Below, in pieces: positions 19,099 to 29,828 of a stretch of 64,000 nucleotides of DNA. Positions within the stretch are counted from its first letter, which is position 1. Every line of letters begins with the position of its first letter. The translations under genes were made by a program, and so were the position numbers. This stretch comes from Pyrinomonadaceae bacterium. Lineage in GTDB: Bacteria > Acidobacteriota > Blastocatellia > Pyrinomonadales > Pyrinomonadaceae. The notes beneath the pieces are model-generated. The model made no database searches, had not been told where the DNA came from, and saw nothing but the letters and a program-made list of their open reading frames with translations. The stretch spans positions 32,001 to 96,000 of the forward strand of contig JBKBYA010000011.1 in assembly GCA_046313635.1 (NCBI GenBank), read 5' to 3'.

Positions 19099-21966
19099 AT
19101 GAAAAGCAAATCACTGTTTGTATCGGCGGCACTCGTGTGCCTCGCTCTCATCAGCCTCGCTTCGGCGCAGAACACCGGCGACGAACCGAAGTTCGACTTT
19201 TACACCCGCGGCGAGTACCGCGCAAATGTTCCGCGCCCGCAGAGCATTTTGCGCTTCGACGTCGGCGACCACCACACGACCTACGCCCAGATGGAAGAGG
19301 TCATCCGCGCCATCGCCGCCGCCTCGCCCGACCGCGTGCGCATCTTCGACATCGGTCTCACGAACGAGCATCGCATGCAGCACATCGTCGCGATCTCGTC
19401 GCCGGAGAATATCGCACGGCTCGATCAGATCAAGGCCGACGTCGCGCGCCTCGCCGACCCGCGACGAACCTCGGCGGCCGACGCGCAGGCGATCGCCCAA
19501 AATACGCCGGCCGTCGCCTGGATGGCGTACACCATTCACGGCAACGAGTCGGCGTCGTTCGAGACGATGATGCAGGTCATCTATCAACTCGCCGCATCCA
19601 ACGAGCCCGCAACGCTCGACATTCTCAAGAATGTCGTCACGCTCGTCGTCACCGGCGAAAATCCCGACGGCCACGAGCGCTTTGCAACGTGGTACAACTC
19701 GGTCGCGACCGGCGACCCGAACCGCTCTGCCCTCGAGCATCGCGAGCCGTGGAGCGTCTACGGCCGCGTCAATCATTACCGATTTGACCTCAACCGCGAC
19801 ACGCTCGCCGTCACGCAGGCCGAAACCAAAAATATGATGAAGGCCTTTATGGAATGGAACCCGCAGGTCGCCGTCGATCATCACGGACAGCCTTCGCAGT
19901 ACTTTTTTCCGCCGACGGCGCTGCCGATCAATCCGAATCTGCCGCAGCCGATGACCGCCAAATGGAACGAATTGTACGGCCGTGCAAACGCCGCTGCCTT
20001 TGACGCGAATCGCTGGGACTACTACGTCCGCGACATCTTTGACGCATTCTATCCGGGATACTGGGATATGTACCCGTCGCTCAACGGCGCGATCGGCATG
20101 ACGTACGAAACGGACGGCGGCGGATTCAAGGGCCTCCGCTGGCAGCGTGACGACGGCACGATCGCGACCTTTCGCTCGGCGATCGCCAAGCATTACGTCG
20201 CCTCGATGGCGACGCTCGAGGTTACCGCCAAGACTCGGGTCGAACGGCTCCGCGACTTTTACCAGTTCCGCGCCGGCGCGATGGCCGAGCACGCCAAGGC
20301 GCAGATGAAGCGGATCGTTATCCTGCCGGACAAAGATCCGGTCAAGGCCGCCGACCTCGTCGAGCGTCTGCAGCGTTCGAATATCGAGGTACGCGTCGCG
20401 AATGCCCCGTTTTCATCGACGGCCGCACGCAGCTATATGGACGCCAAAGGCGCGGCCGCATCGTCGCGCACCTTCGCCGCCGGGGCGTATGTTATCGACC
20501 TAAACCAGCCGCAGCGAATCTTGATCAAGTCGATCCTCGAGCCGGATACGCCGCAGGACAAGGCCTTTGTCGAGGACAACATGGCGCGGTTCAAACGCAA
20601 CCAGATGCGCGGCTCGGGTCAGGCGAAGGAAGATTACGGCTTTTACGACATCACCGCCTGGTCGCTGCCGCTCGCATACGGCCTGGACGCGTACTGGACC
20701 GAGGACGCGGGTGAAATTTCTGCCGCTCCCGTGACCGCCGACACTCTCGCCGCCGCCCGGCGCGGGTCGGTCGCAGGCCGCGCGGCGGTCTCCTACATCA
20801 TTCCCTACGAAACGGACGGCGCGGCCGTAATGGCGATTCGCCTGCTCCAGCAGGGCTACCGCGTCGCCGTTGCGACCCGCACGATGAACGCCGCCGGACG
20901 CAACTGGAACCGCGGCACATTTGTCGTCCGCATGACCCGCAACAGCGACTCGGCCCACGACGCCGTCGCCAAGCTTGCCGGCGAGCTCGGCGTTCGCGTT
21001 TTTGCCGCAAATACGGGCTTCGCAGACGAAGGCGACACGGGCGTCGGCGGCGAGGCCGTGGTCTCGCTGCAGGCGCCGAAGATCGCGATGCTCGCCGACG
21101 AGGCGGTCGATCAGACGTCGTACGGCTCGATCTGGTGGACATTCGACCGCTACGGGATAAAGTTCACGTCGATGACCGCCTCGAGCATCCGCGGCGGAGC
21201 GCTGAAGGGCTACAACGTCCTGATCCTGCCCGACGGCTCGGCAAGCCGATATATGTCGCTCTTCGGCAACGGCGGAGTCTCGACTCTCAAGAGCTTTGCA
21301 TCCGAAGGCGGTACGGTCGTCACCGTCCGCGGAGCGTCGGTCTTTGCAGCATTAAAGGATGTCGGTCTGACGACCTCGAAACTCGTCGGCAGCGCCGACG
21401 ACGAAGACAAGGGCAAGTCCACGCTCGACGAACCCGCCGCAGCGAAGCCGTCACCCACACCCACGCCCGCAGCCAAACCCGGCGCCAAGCGCGAGCTCGC
21501 CGAAACAAATCCGAATCCGACCGTCGAGATGCGCACCGACAAGGACGACGGCGTCGCACCCGCGCTTCCGCCCATCGCTTCGCCGTCCGCCAACGCGAAC
21601 AAGGTCCCCGAGGCCCTGCCCGGCTCGATAATGCGCGCGACCGTCGATCGTACGACGTACCTGACCTACGGTATCGAGCAGGACGAGCTGCCGGTGCTGC
21701 TCGCGAGCGGCTACTTTTTTAGATACTCAAAAGAGGGCAGCAACGCGCTCGTCTTTGCCGCAAATCCGGAAAGACCTTTGACGATCTCTGGTTTTGTCTG
21801 GGAGGGCAACACCGAACGCCTGCTCGCCGGCACCGCGTACGTCATCGACGAGTCGACCGGCGCGGGCCACGTCATCCTGTTCGCCGAGGAGCCCTTCTTC
21901 CGCGGGATCTTTCGCTCGACCACCCGGCCCTTTATGAACTCGATACTTTTTAACGGCGCGTTCTGA
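19099..21966 (+). CDS. M14 family zinc carboxypeptidase, secreted
   Basis: IHGNE, NPDGHER, NHYRFDLNRD, DHHG; signal peptide; C-terminal glutamine-amidotransferase-like segment. Confidence 0.9.
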   Translation: MKSKSLFVSAALVCLALISLASAQNTGDEPKFDFYTRGEYRANVPRPQSILRFDVGDHHTTYAQMEEVIRAIAAASPDRVRIFDIGLTNEHRMQHIVAISSPENIARLDQIKADVARLADPRRTSAADAQAIAQNTPAVAWMAYTIHGNESASFETMMQVIYQLAASNEPATLDILKNVVTLVVTGENPDGHERFATWYNSVATGDPNRSALEHREPWSVYGRVNHYRFDLNRDTLAVTQAETKNMMKAFMEWNPQVAVDHHGQPSQYFFPPTALPINPNLPQPMTAKWNELYGRANAAAFDANRWDYYVRDIFDAFYPGYWDMYPSLNGAIGMTYETDGGGFKGLRWQRDDGTIATFRSAIAKHYVASMATLEVTAKTRVERLRDFYQFRAGAMAEHAKAQMKRIVILPDKDPVKAADLVERLQRSNIEVRVANAPFSSTAARSYMDAKGAAASSRTFAAGAYVIDLNQPQRILIKSILEPDTPQDKAFVEDNMARFKRNQMRGSGQAKEDYGFYDITAWSLPLAYGLDAYWTEDAGEISAAPVTADTLAAARRGSVAGRAAVSYIIPYETDGAAVMAIRLLQQGYRVAVATRTMNAAGRNWNRGTFVVRMTRNSDSAHDAVAKLAGELGVRVFAANTGFADEGDTGVGGEAVVSLQAPKIAMLADEAVDQTSYGSIWWTFDRYGIKFTSMTASSIRGGALKGYNVLILPDGSASRYMSLFGNGGVSTLKSFASEGGTVVTVRGASVFAALKDVGLTTSKLVGSADDEDKGKSTLDEPAAAKPSPTPTPAAKPGAKRELAETNPNPTVEMRTDKDDGVAPALPPIASPSANANKVPEALPGSIMRATVDRTTYLTYGIEQDELPVLLASGYFFRYSKEGSNALVFAANPERPLTISGFVWEGNTERLLAGTAYVIDESTGAGHVILFAEEPFFRGIFRSTTRPFMNSILFNGAF

Positions 21967-22015
21967 GCTTTGATAGAATCGAAATATCAAAGCTAGGGAG
22001 TGTTAAATAAGTCAT

Positions 22016-22501
22016 ATGTTCACGGTTAGGGCGGGTTACAGCGATCAGATCGAGGTCAGGACAAGTGCGGACAAAGTGCGCGAATTCTTTGCGGATTATC
22101 GAAATTTCGTCGAATTGATGCCGGGCATCAATTCGATCCACACGGACGCGAAAGGTGTCGCTCACTGGAAGATACAGGCTGAAATACCTTTGGTCGGCCA
22201 AATGATCCAAAAATTCGCCGTCGAGCTCGCCGAGGCCACGGAAGAAAGGATCGAGTGGTTTCCCGTAAGATCGGAGGCGCAGAATTTCTTAAGGTATTCG
22301 GCGGACTTTTTGGAAAAGGCCCGAAACGTTACTGTCGTTCAGTTCACTCAAATGGTAGAGCTCCGACGCCGCTCGGCCCGTGAGCTGCATATGCTGGCGG
22401 GCGTCGTCGGTGAATCCGTGATCAGTAACGAGATGAGCAAAAAGATCTCCGAGATGATCCGCACCTTCATCCAACGGGCAAAAGAGAAGCTTGAAAAATA
22501 G
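22016..22501 (+). CDS. SRPBCC/CoxG-like (START fold) protein
   Basis: 161 aa, pattern KVREFFADYRNFVELMPG and C-terminal helix. Confidence 0.7.
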   Translation: MFTVRAGYSDQIEVRTSADKVREFFADYRNFVELMPGINSIHTDAKGVAHWKIQAEIPLVGQMIQKFAVELAEATEERIEWFPVRSEAQNFLRYSADFLEKARNVTVVQFTQMVELRRRSARELHMLAGVVGESVISNEMSKKISEMIRTFIQRAKEKLEK

Positions 22502-22554
22502 ATGATTTGAATTTCTTTTTTTCGCAAAAACCTCGTTCAGTTCCGCGTTAGGGG

Positions 22555-22606
22555 TTGACGAGGTTTTTATTTTGCCCTATTCTCTTATTGAAATTGATTT
22601 TCAATT
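22555..22606 (+). promoter_or_regulatory. Sigma70 promoter followed by Fur-like box
   Basis: TTGACG-17nt-TATTCT (22555-22583), then imperfect palindrome attgaaattgattttcaat (7-1-7 Fur-family pattern). Confidence 0.6.
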
Positions 22607-22612
22607 TCTCGT

Positions 22613-22891
22613 ATGCAGAACACAAAAGCTCACAACCTGCTCCCGGTCGCTGCCGATGACAAAATGATCGAGGTCGCGATCGAAGGCGATGAGGCCGTCG
22701 TTAAATTGGCTACGTGGACCGATGGACTCGGATGGTCGACCCAAAAAACGATGGTGCTCGACGAGACCCTTCTAGAGGAAATGAGCCGGCTCTTGACGGC
22801 CGCCAGAGCGCGTTTGAAAGCGCAAAGGTCAGATGAAGAGAGTCGCCATGCTCCAGTGTCGCGGGTACTTAAGTTCCCCGTTTTGAGTTAG
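22613..22891 (+). CDS. Hypothetical protein
   Basis: 92-aa ORF with promoter upstream and terminator downstream. Confidence 0.65.
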   Translation: MQNTKAHNLLPVAADDKMIEVAIEGDEAVVKLATWTDGLGWSTQKTMVLDETLLEEMSRLLTAARARLKAQRSDEESRHAPVSRVLKFPVLS

Positions 22892-22909
22892 ATCTGCCGT
22901 CAAATGATC

Positions 22910-22941
22910 AAGGGTCGAACCGGATTTCGGTTCGACCCTTT
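22910..22941. terminator. Bidirectional intrinsic terminator
   Basis: aagggtcgaaccg-gattt-cggttcgaccctt hairpin between convergent genes. Confidence 0.8.
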
Positions 22942-22965
22942 ATTATTGTCGCAGGCTTTGTCCTC

Positions 22966-23427
22966 CTAGCTGACCTCTCTGAGTATTATCCTGTCCGAGT
23001 TTACGCGAGCCTGACGCTCAGAGGTCAGTTTTTCGAGTTCCTCGACGTGCATCTGCTCGTCCGCGATGCGGCCTTCGAGCCAGAATTTGGTCGGCAGGTC
23101 CTGGTCGTCGCAGCTTCCCCACGCCGACATATATGCCGCGATCGCGTCGCGCTCGAGCTGCAGGTCCTGCTGCAGCATATCCTTAAGCTCGACGGCCTGC
23201 CGGATCATCGCGGGCTCGACCGTCGGGATGCCGCCGAGAGCGACGATCTTGTCGCCGAGTTCCTCGGCGTGATCTTGCGCCTCCGAGGCCTGAGCACGGA
23301 AAAAATCCTTAAAGACCTGGCGGTCGGGCCCGGTGACGAGATAGCTGTGCTGCGAGTATTGAATGACGCCCGCGAGTTCAAAACTCAAAGCCTGATTTAG
23401 ATTGTCGATCAATTCTGCCCGTGCCAT
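22966..23427 (-). CDS. Bacterioferritin-like / ferritin-like protein
   Basis: LNQALSFELAGVIQY, EAQDHAEELGDKIVALGG, DEQMHVEEL diiron-type motifs. Confidence 0.88.
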   Translation of the reverse strand: MARAELIDNLNQALSFELAGVIQYSQHSYLVTGPDRQVFKDFFRAQASEAQDHAEELGDKIVALGGIPTVEPAMIRQAVELKDMLQQDLQLERDAIAAYMSAWGSCDDQDLPTKFWLEGRIADEQMHVEELEKLTSERQARVNSDRIILREVS

Positions 23428-23546
23428 TTGTTTCTCCTCTGTTGCGGTCTTGACAATGCAAAGACTAGCAAAAGCACGGCGGCCGCGTCAATTAAATCTA
23501 ATGTTTTCAATTAATTAGTATCGACTTTCATTTTCAAGAAGCTTAC

Positions 23547-24296
23547 CTATGTCACGGCGCCGCCGTCGACGATGACGATCTCCCCGTTCATAAAACTGTT
23601 GCGGTCACTCGCCATAAAGGCCGCGTACTCGGCTAGTTCGCCTGGACGCCCCAGTCGTCCCTTCGATACCCAGAAGTCGTGCATCTGCAGCAGTCTCTCC
23701 GGCAGAGTGTTGCCGAGGTCGGTATCGAATATACCGGCCGCGATCGCGTTGACCGTGATGCCAAAATTCGCCGCCTCTCGAGACAGGCATTTGGTAAATC
23801 CGATCATGGCCGCCTTGGACGTCGCGTAGTGGACGCTTGTCGGCAGGCTGCGGATCGCTCCGACCGAGGTGATGTTGAGGATCGAGCCCGCCCTTTCACG
23901 GATCATCTGCTTGTAGAACGGCTTTGTGACCGCGAAGAGGCTGTTGACGTTTGTGTCGATCACCCAATCCCACGACTTATCGGTGGTAGTAGCAAAATTA
24001 TCGGCCTTGTTCACCGCTGCATTGTTGACCAGCACGTTGATCGGGCCCCATTCCTGCAGCAGCTCGCGCGCGACGTGCTTCATCCCGTAGCGGTCGGTCA
24101 CCGAGACCTTGAACGACCGCGCCCGGCGGCCTAGTGCCTCGATCTTATCGCGTACCTGTGCGGCCAGGTCGTCGCTCGAGTGGTAATTGAATGCTACGTC
24201 GGCTCCCTCGCGTGCAAATACCTCGCATATCGCCGCTCCGATGCCGCGCGTACCGCCAGACACAAAGGCACGCTTTCCTTCGAGTAAAAGAGTCAA
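23547..24296 (-). CDS. SDR family oxidoreductase (FabG-like)
   Basis: SGGTRGIG, NNA, YATSK motifs. Confidence 0.93.
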   Translation of the reverse strand: MTLLLEGKRAFVSGGTRGIGAAICEVFAREGADVAFNYHSSDDLAAQVRDKIEALGRRARSFKVSVTDRYGMKHVARELLQEWGPINVLVNNAAVNKADNFATTTDKSWDWVIDTNVNSLFAVTKPFYKQMIRERAGSILNITSVGAIRSLPTSVHYATSKAAMIGFTKCLSREAANFGITVNAIAAGIFDTDLGNTLPERLLQMHDFWVSKGRLGRPGELAEYAAFMASDRNSFMNGEIVIVDGGAVT

Positions 24297-24390
24297 TTTT
24301 AGATTCTCCGCCTGCGTTTCAGATCTGAGTTATTAACCAAATTTAGAGGTTAAATAAATCGGTCCACCGTGACAAGTCGGTCGGCGCCGC

Positions 24391-24405
24391 TGGCATACGC
24401 ATTGC
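24391..24405 (+). promoter_or_regulatory. Putative sigma54 (-24/-12) promoter
   Basis: TGGCAT-ACGCA-TTGC, ~190 nt upstream of ORF 24596. Confidence 0.5.
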
Positions 24406-24595
24406 CCTGTTTGCATGTCAGAGGCGGGCACCGTGGTCGTTCCACGCAGTATCTTCGGGGTTTAGGGGCCGTCGTCGATCGGGCCGCCGCCGATCTTACT
24501 AAAGTTTGTCAATTCGCACGTGACAAAATTTGTCGCCGCGTCGCCCATGCCGGCAGCCTGGCTTTCGAAACACCCAACGATCAAGTAGGCACAAT

Positions 24596-25516
24596 ATGTC
24601 CATATCCACCGATGCAGTCAATGTCGCTCCCGAGCGTCTGATGCAGATCAACAGGCTCATCCGCGTCGCGGGCACCGAGGCTGTCAGACTCCGCATCGTC
24701 GAGCGCTTCCTCTCGGAGGTCGAACGCAGGATCATGAAGATCTCGACGCTTGTCTTTGACGTCGAGCGTGTACGAACGGCGATCCAGATCCTGAAGGAGC
24801 TCTCGGTCGAGGATGATGAGGAGGTATGCTTCGAGGCGGAATTTCGACTTGAGCAGGAATTCAAGCTTTGGCGCACTCTCATCGAGCAGCGTGACGCCCA
24901 GATCGAGACCTACCATTACCGGCGGTTCATCGACTCGACGATCGAGCCGCTCAGCGACGAGATATTTATTTCACTGACATTGTTCTATCGCACGATACCG
25001 TTCACGCCGTCGTCGCAGAGCAAATTTGACCTCGCGGTGACACGGCTGTTCACCGGTCCAAGAACGAGCGAGATCCGCACGCCGCGCTTCTCGCGCGAGG
25101 AGATGGCCGCGAAACTCACTACGCTTTACGCGAATGCCGGATGTCCCGCGGGCGACGCAGGCGACACCGAGGCCGCGGTGGCAACGATCGACGCCTTTAT
25201 CGGTGAAGCGCGAAGCTTCGAGAACGTCGAGGACCTCATACAGTCGGGGATCTTCGGCCGATATAGACAATTCAAACGCGAGCTTGCGGAACGCTTTTTT
25301 GAGCCCGAAATAATTGCGGCCGGCATCGAGTGCAACTTGGTATTCGGCAACTCGTTCGATCTGCTCCTCAAGCGGGCAAAGGGCGGGCTGAGCGAAAAGC
25401 TCACCGGCGGGGTCGACCTTGTGGGTGTACTTCACGACGCCGCGCCCGGAGCACGCGAGCATGTCAGCGATCTGCTGTCTAAGATGTTCAGGGTTGAGGA
25501 CAACGATAGCGACTGA
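24596..25516 (+). CDS. Hypothetical helical protein
   Basis: Long ORF with genome-typical codon usage; no family recognised. Confidence 0.7.
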   Translation: MSISTDAVNVAPERLMQINRLIRVAGTEAVRLRIVERFLSEVERRIMKISTLVFDVERVRTAIQILKELSVEDDEEVCFEAEFRLEQEFKLWRTLIEQRDAQIETYHYRRFIDSTIEPLSDEIFISLTLFYRTIPFTPSSQSKFDLAVTRLFTGPRTSEIRTPRFSREEMAAKLTTLYANAGCPAGDAGDTEAAVATIDAFIGEARSFENVEDLIQSGIFGRYRQFKRELAERFFEPEIIAAGIECNLVFGNSFDLLLKRAKGGLSEKLTGGVDLVGVLHDAAPGAREHVSDLLSKMFRVEDNDSD

Positions 25517-25533
25517 CCTGACGGCGATCGAAA

Positions 25534-26715
25534 CTAGGCTGCCTGCGCTTTTGCGGCCGACGTTCCTTTCGGAAGCATTGCTGCGATCTCGCGGACGATC
25601 TGCTCGGTCGAATTGGGCATCGTCAGTCCGGCGGTCGCAGCTTTCATTTGAAAATACTTTTGCCGGTCGGCCGCAAGCTCCCTGATCGCCGGAACTATAT
25701 CGGCGGGCCTTTTCAGCAATATTCCCGCCCCGCGCTTTTCGAGCAGCTTGACGGTGCCCGCCTCTTGCGGCATCGGCGGCGTGATCGCGTCGGCGATGAT
25801 CGGGAGGCGGCAGGCGAGCGCTTCGAAGGTGGTCAGGCCGCCGAGCTTCGAGACCATGACATTCGCCGAATGCATTAGTCGTTCGATCTCGTCCGAGTAA
25901 CCGATCACACGTACGGGAAAGCGGGCGGTCTTTGCGATCTGCTCGGCCTCGCGGCGCAGGTCCTCGTTTTTCCCTGCGAGAAAAATGGCCTGTACGTCCA
26001 ACTCGCCGCGGACGAGCTCCCTGAATATCTGCGGAATGTTGCCGCCGCCGACCCATCCCGCATTTACAAAAACGGTAAATTTGTCAGGGTCGAGGCCGTA
26101 GGCACGCCGCGCGCTCTGAGCGGCAGCTTCGTCGACCTCGCGAAACTTCGGATGGACCGGCATGCCTGAGATCTTGATCTTTTCGGACGAGACGCCGTAG
26201 TCGAGCAGCTGCTGCCGCGCGTCCTCGTTCGCGACCAGATAGAGCGAGACGTCGTCGCACGCCCATCCCTTCCAAAACCCGTAGCATGGATCGGTCACGA
26301 CCGTCACGAGCGGGATCTGGTCCGCAAGATCGAGGTCCTTTAGCACGCGAGCAAAGAAATGCTGTGTCAGCGGATGCACGCTTACTACGATGTGCGGGCA
26401 CCATTTTTCAAAGATCTCGTGGGCATAGGCGAGACAACGCTTGTGAAAGAACTCGCGCGTCTCGGGCCGAAAGCGATTGACGATCCAATAGAGATACTTC
26501 ATCCAGCCCTGGCGATGGCGAAGAACCCAGTTATAGAGATCGACGAGACGCTCGGTGATGTGATGAGACTCTTCGACCGCTCTGATCACTCTCACGGCGG
26601 CGGACTCGCCCTGCCAGAAGCGCTGCACGCCCTCGACCAACGCCTGAGCGGCGGAACGATGCCCGCCGCCGGTGTCGGATGAGATGATCAGGATTTTTGG
26701 GTTATTAGTAGGCAT
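25534..26715 (-). CDS. MGDG synthase/UgtP family glycosyltransferase (GT28)
   Basis: SDTGGGHRSAA, VSVHP, VVTDP, GMPVHP, SKLGGLT, PQEAG. Confidence 0.9.
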   Translation of the reverse strand: MPTNNPKILIISSDTGGGHRSAAQALVEGVQRFWQGESAAVRVIRAVEESHHITERLVDLYNWVLRHRQGWMKYLYWIVNRFRPETREFFHKRCLAYAHEIFEKWCPHIVVSVHPLTQHFFARVLKDLDLADQIPLVTVVTDPCYGFWKGWACDDVSLYLVANEDARQQLLDYGVSSEKIKISGMPVHPKFREVDEAAAQSARRAYGLDPDKFTVFVNAGWVGGGNIPQIFRELVRGELDVQAIFLAGKNEDLRREAEQIAKTARFPVRVIGYSDEIERLMHSANVMVSKLGGLTTFEALACRLPIIADAITPPMPQEAGTVKLLEKRGAGILLKRPADIVPAIRELAADRQKYFQMKAATAGLTMPNSTEQIVREIAAMLPKGTSAAKAQAA

Positions 26716-26738
26716 CGAGGACAAAATTAACAGGTTTT

Positions 26739-27419
26739 TCAGTCGCTCAAATACTTGGCAAATTCCTTTTCAACTTCAACCAATCGCACCCGGACTACTT
26801 CGGCCTCTGCAACGAGTCCTACCGACCTCAACATGTCATAATGAGCCCTGAGCGTATCCCTCAATCTGCCGGGGTAGGAAAATCTGATCTCGTCACTTTC
26901 GACGCCAATACTGACGAAGGCCGCACGATACGTGCGTTCGGCTTTCTCGTAATATGCACGTGCGGATTGGATATCGTTGGATAAGCGGTAAGCGTGTCCC
27001 AAAAACGAAAGGATGTCGGCAGTATCTGCATCGGGCTCACTCGAATATGTTTCCCTGATTTCGACCGCCCTATTAAACAGTGGAATGGCCTCCTTCTGCC
27101 TCTGTTGCAAGAGCAACGCTATACCAAGAGAAACTCGAGCGCCTGACCGTTCAAGCAGCCGGTTAACCGGCAACTTCTCAGCTAACGAAATTGCGAGCTT
27201 GCACGATGACTCAGCCTTTATCCACTCCTTTGCTTTCAGAAATGCTCGGCATCGATCATCTTCCGCAAAAAACGCGCGATTTATACGGCCTGTCTCGCGC
27301 TCAGTTTTTAATCTTCTCTCGACCTCTTTCTGGTTCGTAGTGGCTGTTACCGTCACCTGTTGTGGAAAGGTAGCGGTGCTCAATAACGAGATTGCGAAAA
27401 CGAAAAGAAGTGGTTTCAT
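26739..27419 (-). CDS. Secreted TPR-like protein, lower GC
   Basis: Signal peptide; LGIALL..EAIPLFNRAVEI and LGHAY..ARAYYEKA TPR-like helices. Confidence 0.75.
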   Translation of the reverse strand: MKPLLFVFAISLLSTATFPQQVTVTATTNQKEVERRLKTERETGRINRAFFAEDDRCRAFLKAKEWIKAESSCKLAISLAEKLPVNRLLERSGARVSLGIALLLQQRQKEAIPLFNRAVEIRETYSSEPDADTADILSFLGHAYRLSNDIQSARAYYEKAERTYRAAFVSIGVESDEIRFSYPGRLRDTLRAHYDMLRSVGLVAEAEVVRVRLVEVEKEFAKYLSD

Positions 27420-27445
27420 CGGAAACTGTGCTCCGGATCCTTTTC

Positions 27446-28609
27446 TCAGGCCTTCGATACAACTTCTCGACCAGCCGCAAAGCCATTCATTTCCTTCGCC
27501 GCCTTCTTCATCTGCTTTTCAAGACGCTTGATCTTGATCAGATGGCCCGGGTTGAAGGGCAGCGACGGGTAATAGCAGTTTGACTCGTGCGTGCAGTGGC
27601 AGCCGCCAGCGATCTCTTTGCGGCGGGCCTTCATCAGGTCGGACGTCCATGCAGCCTGGAAGTTCCAATCGTAATCGCGCAGATTCAAAACGTCGGCCTT
27701 GTTCTCGCACGACGACAGCGAACCCGTATCGTAGATCACCGCTCCGGCACTGCCGGCGTAGCATTTGAGCTGGGCCTTGTTCTCCTCTTTGGTCCTCGCG
27801 ATGACGTCGTGCATGTAGATGTCGACCGCGGCCTTGAAGATACCGGACTTGCCGCCGTAGTTATTTTTGAGCGCGGCATTCTTGGTGTCTTCGAGGATCA
27901 TGTGCGAAAGCTCGGCGTAGCGTTTGTGATCGAATTCGAGCTCCTTCGGGTCGGCCGACGGCGGGCGAATATAGTTGATGTTCACCTTATCGGGCTTGAG
28001 GTCGTACTTCAAGAAGTCGTACCAGTCGAAGATCGTATCTTCGTTCGAATGCATCACACAGGTACAGGTCTGGATGTCGAGCCGCGGGTACTGCTCGCGC
28101 TTCATCTGCTGCAGCGTGCGGGCAGTGTGGATCGCCTTGTCCCAGCTTCCCTCTTTGCGGCGGATCTTTTCGTGAGCGTCTTTCATCCCGTCTATGCCGA
28201 GTGCGACCGTGACGTTGAGATTCGGGCACTCGTCGAGAATGCGCGTCACATCCGGAAATATACGCTGGTGGATCTGGCCGTTCGACATCAGGTAGACCGA
28301 ATCGAGTTTGTTGTTCTCGTAAAAGGCCCGCACGATCTCAGGCAGGTCCTTGCGCGTGAATGGCTCGCCGCCGGCGAGTACGAGCACGCCGAGATTGCCG
28401 CCGAGCGTCTCCGATATGCGGGCGATCTCGTCCGCCTTCATCTGCAGCTTCTTGCGCGGCCTGTCGTCGAGCTCCTCGGTGAAAAAGCAATGCGTGCATC
28501 GCATATCGCAGACGCTCGTCACAAGGATATTCAGAAACACCGGCGAGATCGGCCGACCGACCACCATCGAGGCGTATCGCTTGAAAATTTCCTTTGTAGC
28601 AAAATCCAT
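27446..28609 (-). CDS. Radical SAM protein with SPASM/twitch-like C-terminus
   Basis: CDMRCTHC (CX3CX2C), GGEP, C-terminal CYAG...CE...CHCTHESNC. Confidence 0.92.
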   Translation of the reverse strand: MDFATKEIFKRYASMVVGRPISPVFLNILVTSVCDMRCTHCFFTEELDDRPRKKLQMKADEIARISETLGGNLGVLVLAGGEPFTRKDLPEIVRAFYENNKLDSVYLMSNGQIHQRIFPDVTRILDECPNLNVTVALGIDGMKDAHEKIRRKEGSWDKAIHTARTLQQMKREQYPRLDIQTCTCVMHSNEDTIFDWYDFLKYDLKPDKVNINYIRPPSADPKELEFDHKRYAELSHMILEDTKNAALKNNYGGKSGIFKAAVDIYMHDVIARTKEENKAQLKCYAGSAGAVIYDTGSLSSCENKADVLNLRDYDWNFQAAWTSDLMKARRKEIAGGCHCTHESNCYYPSLPFNPGHLIKIKRLEKQMKKAAKEMNGFAAGREVVSKA

Positions 28610-28851
28610 AATCGTGTCTATTTAGGGTGATCCGACCTGCGTTGGATGTAGCGGCGAGCCGCAACGTTTAACTTTATCTTATGCGTCTGCAATTACCAAT
28701 CAGGTCGCCCGCGGCAGCCGTCGCCGAGCGACGCAGGACAGGCTTGTGAAACATGTGCGTACTGGGTATCATATGCCGAATCTCTTACCGGCCGAGCGGC
28801 CTGATTAAGTTGTAACCCGTCTTTATTTTGAGTTTTCGAGGAGGACTACGA

Positions 28852-29754
28852 GTGAAACGAGTACTTTTGATCCTTGTCGCTGCTATCGCTGCAGCGTCTG
28901 CAGTCGGCTTTCAGAGCGATGCGATGGCTCCCGTTCCGAGGGCGGATAAGGGCGGCAATTCACCGTTCAAAGGCGAGCGATTCTGCCCGGTGAACCCGAG
29001 CCCGGAAGAGATTGCTTTGATGGAAAGCGACTTTTTGTCGCGTAAGGCCGATCGCGCTTCGTTTGGATCTGCCGACGACGTGACAGGTGGAACGATCAAT
29101 GTCTACTTCCACGTCATCACCAATACGGCGGGCGACGGCAATGTGAGCGATCAGCAGATCAGAGACCAAATGCAGGTGCTCAACAATGCTTATGCTCCGT
29201 GGGGCTGGGCTTTTAATCTAGTATCCACTTCGCGCACGGCCAACAACACTTGGTACACGGCGACCAACGGAACCACCGCCGAACGGCAGATGAAGGAGGC
29301 TCTCAGACAGGGCACGGCCGACGACCTCAACATTTACACCAACAACATGGGCGGCGGCCTGCTCGGCTGGGCGACGTTCCCGTCGAGCTACGCGAGCAAT
29401 CCAAAGAACGACGGCGTCGTAGTTCTTTACTCGTCGCTGCCCGGCGGTTCGGCCGCTCCGTACAATCTCGGTGACACCGCAACACACGAGGTCGGCCACT
29501 GGATGGGGCTTTATCACACATTTCAAGGCGGGTGCTCGAACTCGGGCGATCTGGTCAGCGATACTCCGGCCGAGCGCTCGCCGGCCTATGGCTGCCCGGT
29601 CGGTCGCGACAGCTGCTCGGGCCGCAAATATCCCGGACTCGATCCGATCGAGAATTTTATGGACTATACGGACGACGCATGCATGGACCAGTTCTCGGCC
29701 GGACAGGATTCGCGGATGGACGCGCAGTTCACGACGTACCGTTTCGGAAAGTAA
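28852..29754 (+). CDS. M43 (pappalysin/ulilysin-like) zinc metalloprotease, secreted
   Basis: [18 protein letters not shown] Met-turn, signal peptide; GTG start after GAGGA. Confidence 0.93.
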   Translation: MKRVLLILVAAIAAASAVGFQSDAMAPVPRADKGGNSPFKGERFCPVNPSPEEIALMESDFLSRKADRASFGSADDVTGGTINVYFHVITNTAGDGNVSDQQIRDQMQVLNNAYAPWGWAFNLVSTSRTANNTWYTATNGTTAERQMKEALRQGTADDLNIYTNNMGGGLLGWATFPSSYASNPKNDGVVVLYSSLPGGSAAPYNLGDTATHEVGHWMGLYHTFQGGCSNSGDLVSDTPAERSPAYGCPVGRDSCSGRKYPGLDPIENFMDYTDDACMDQFSAGQDSRMDAQFTTYRFGK

Positions 29755-29828
29755 CCGTTTCGGCAGGACACCACTCGGAGCGGGACCACGGCGTCCCGCT
29801 TTTTGTTTTACTGCGATAGAATTCTCTT

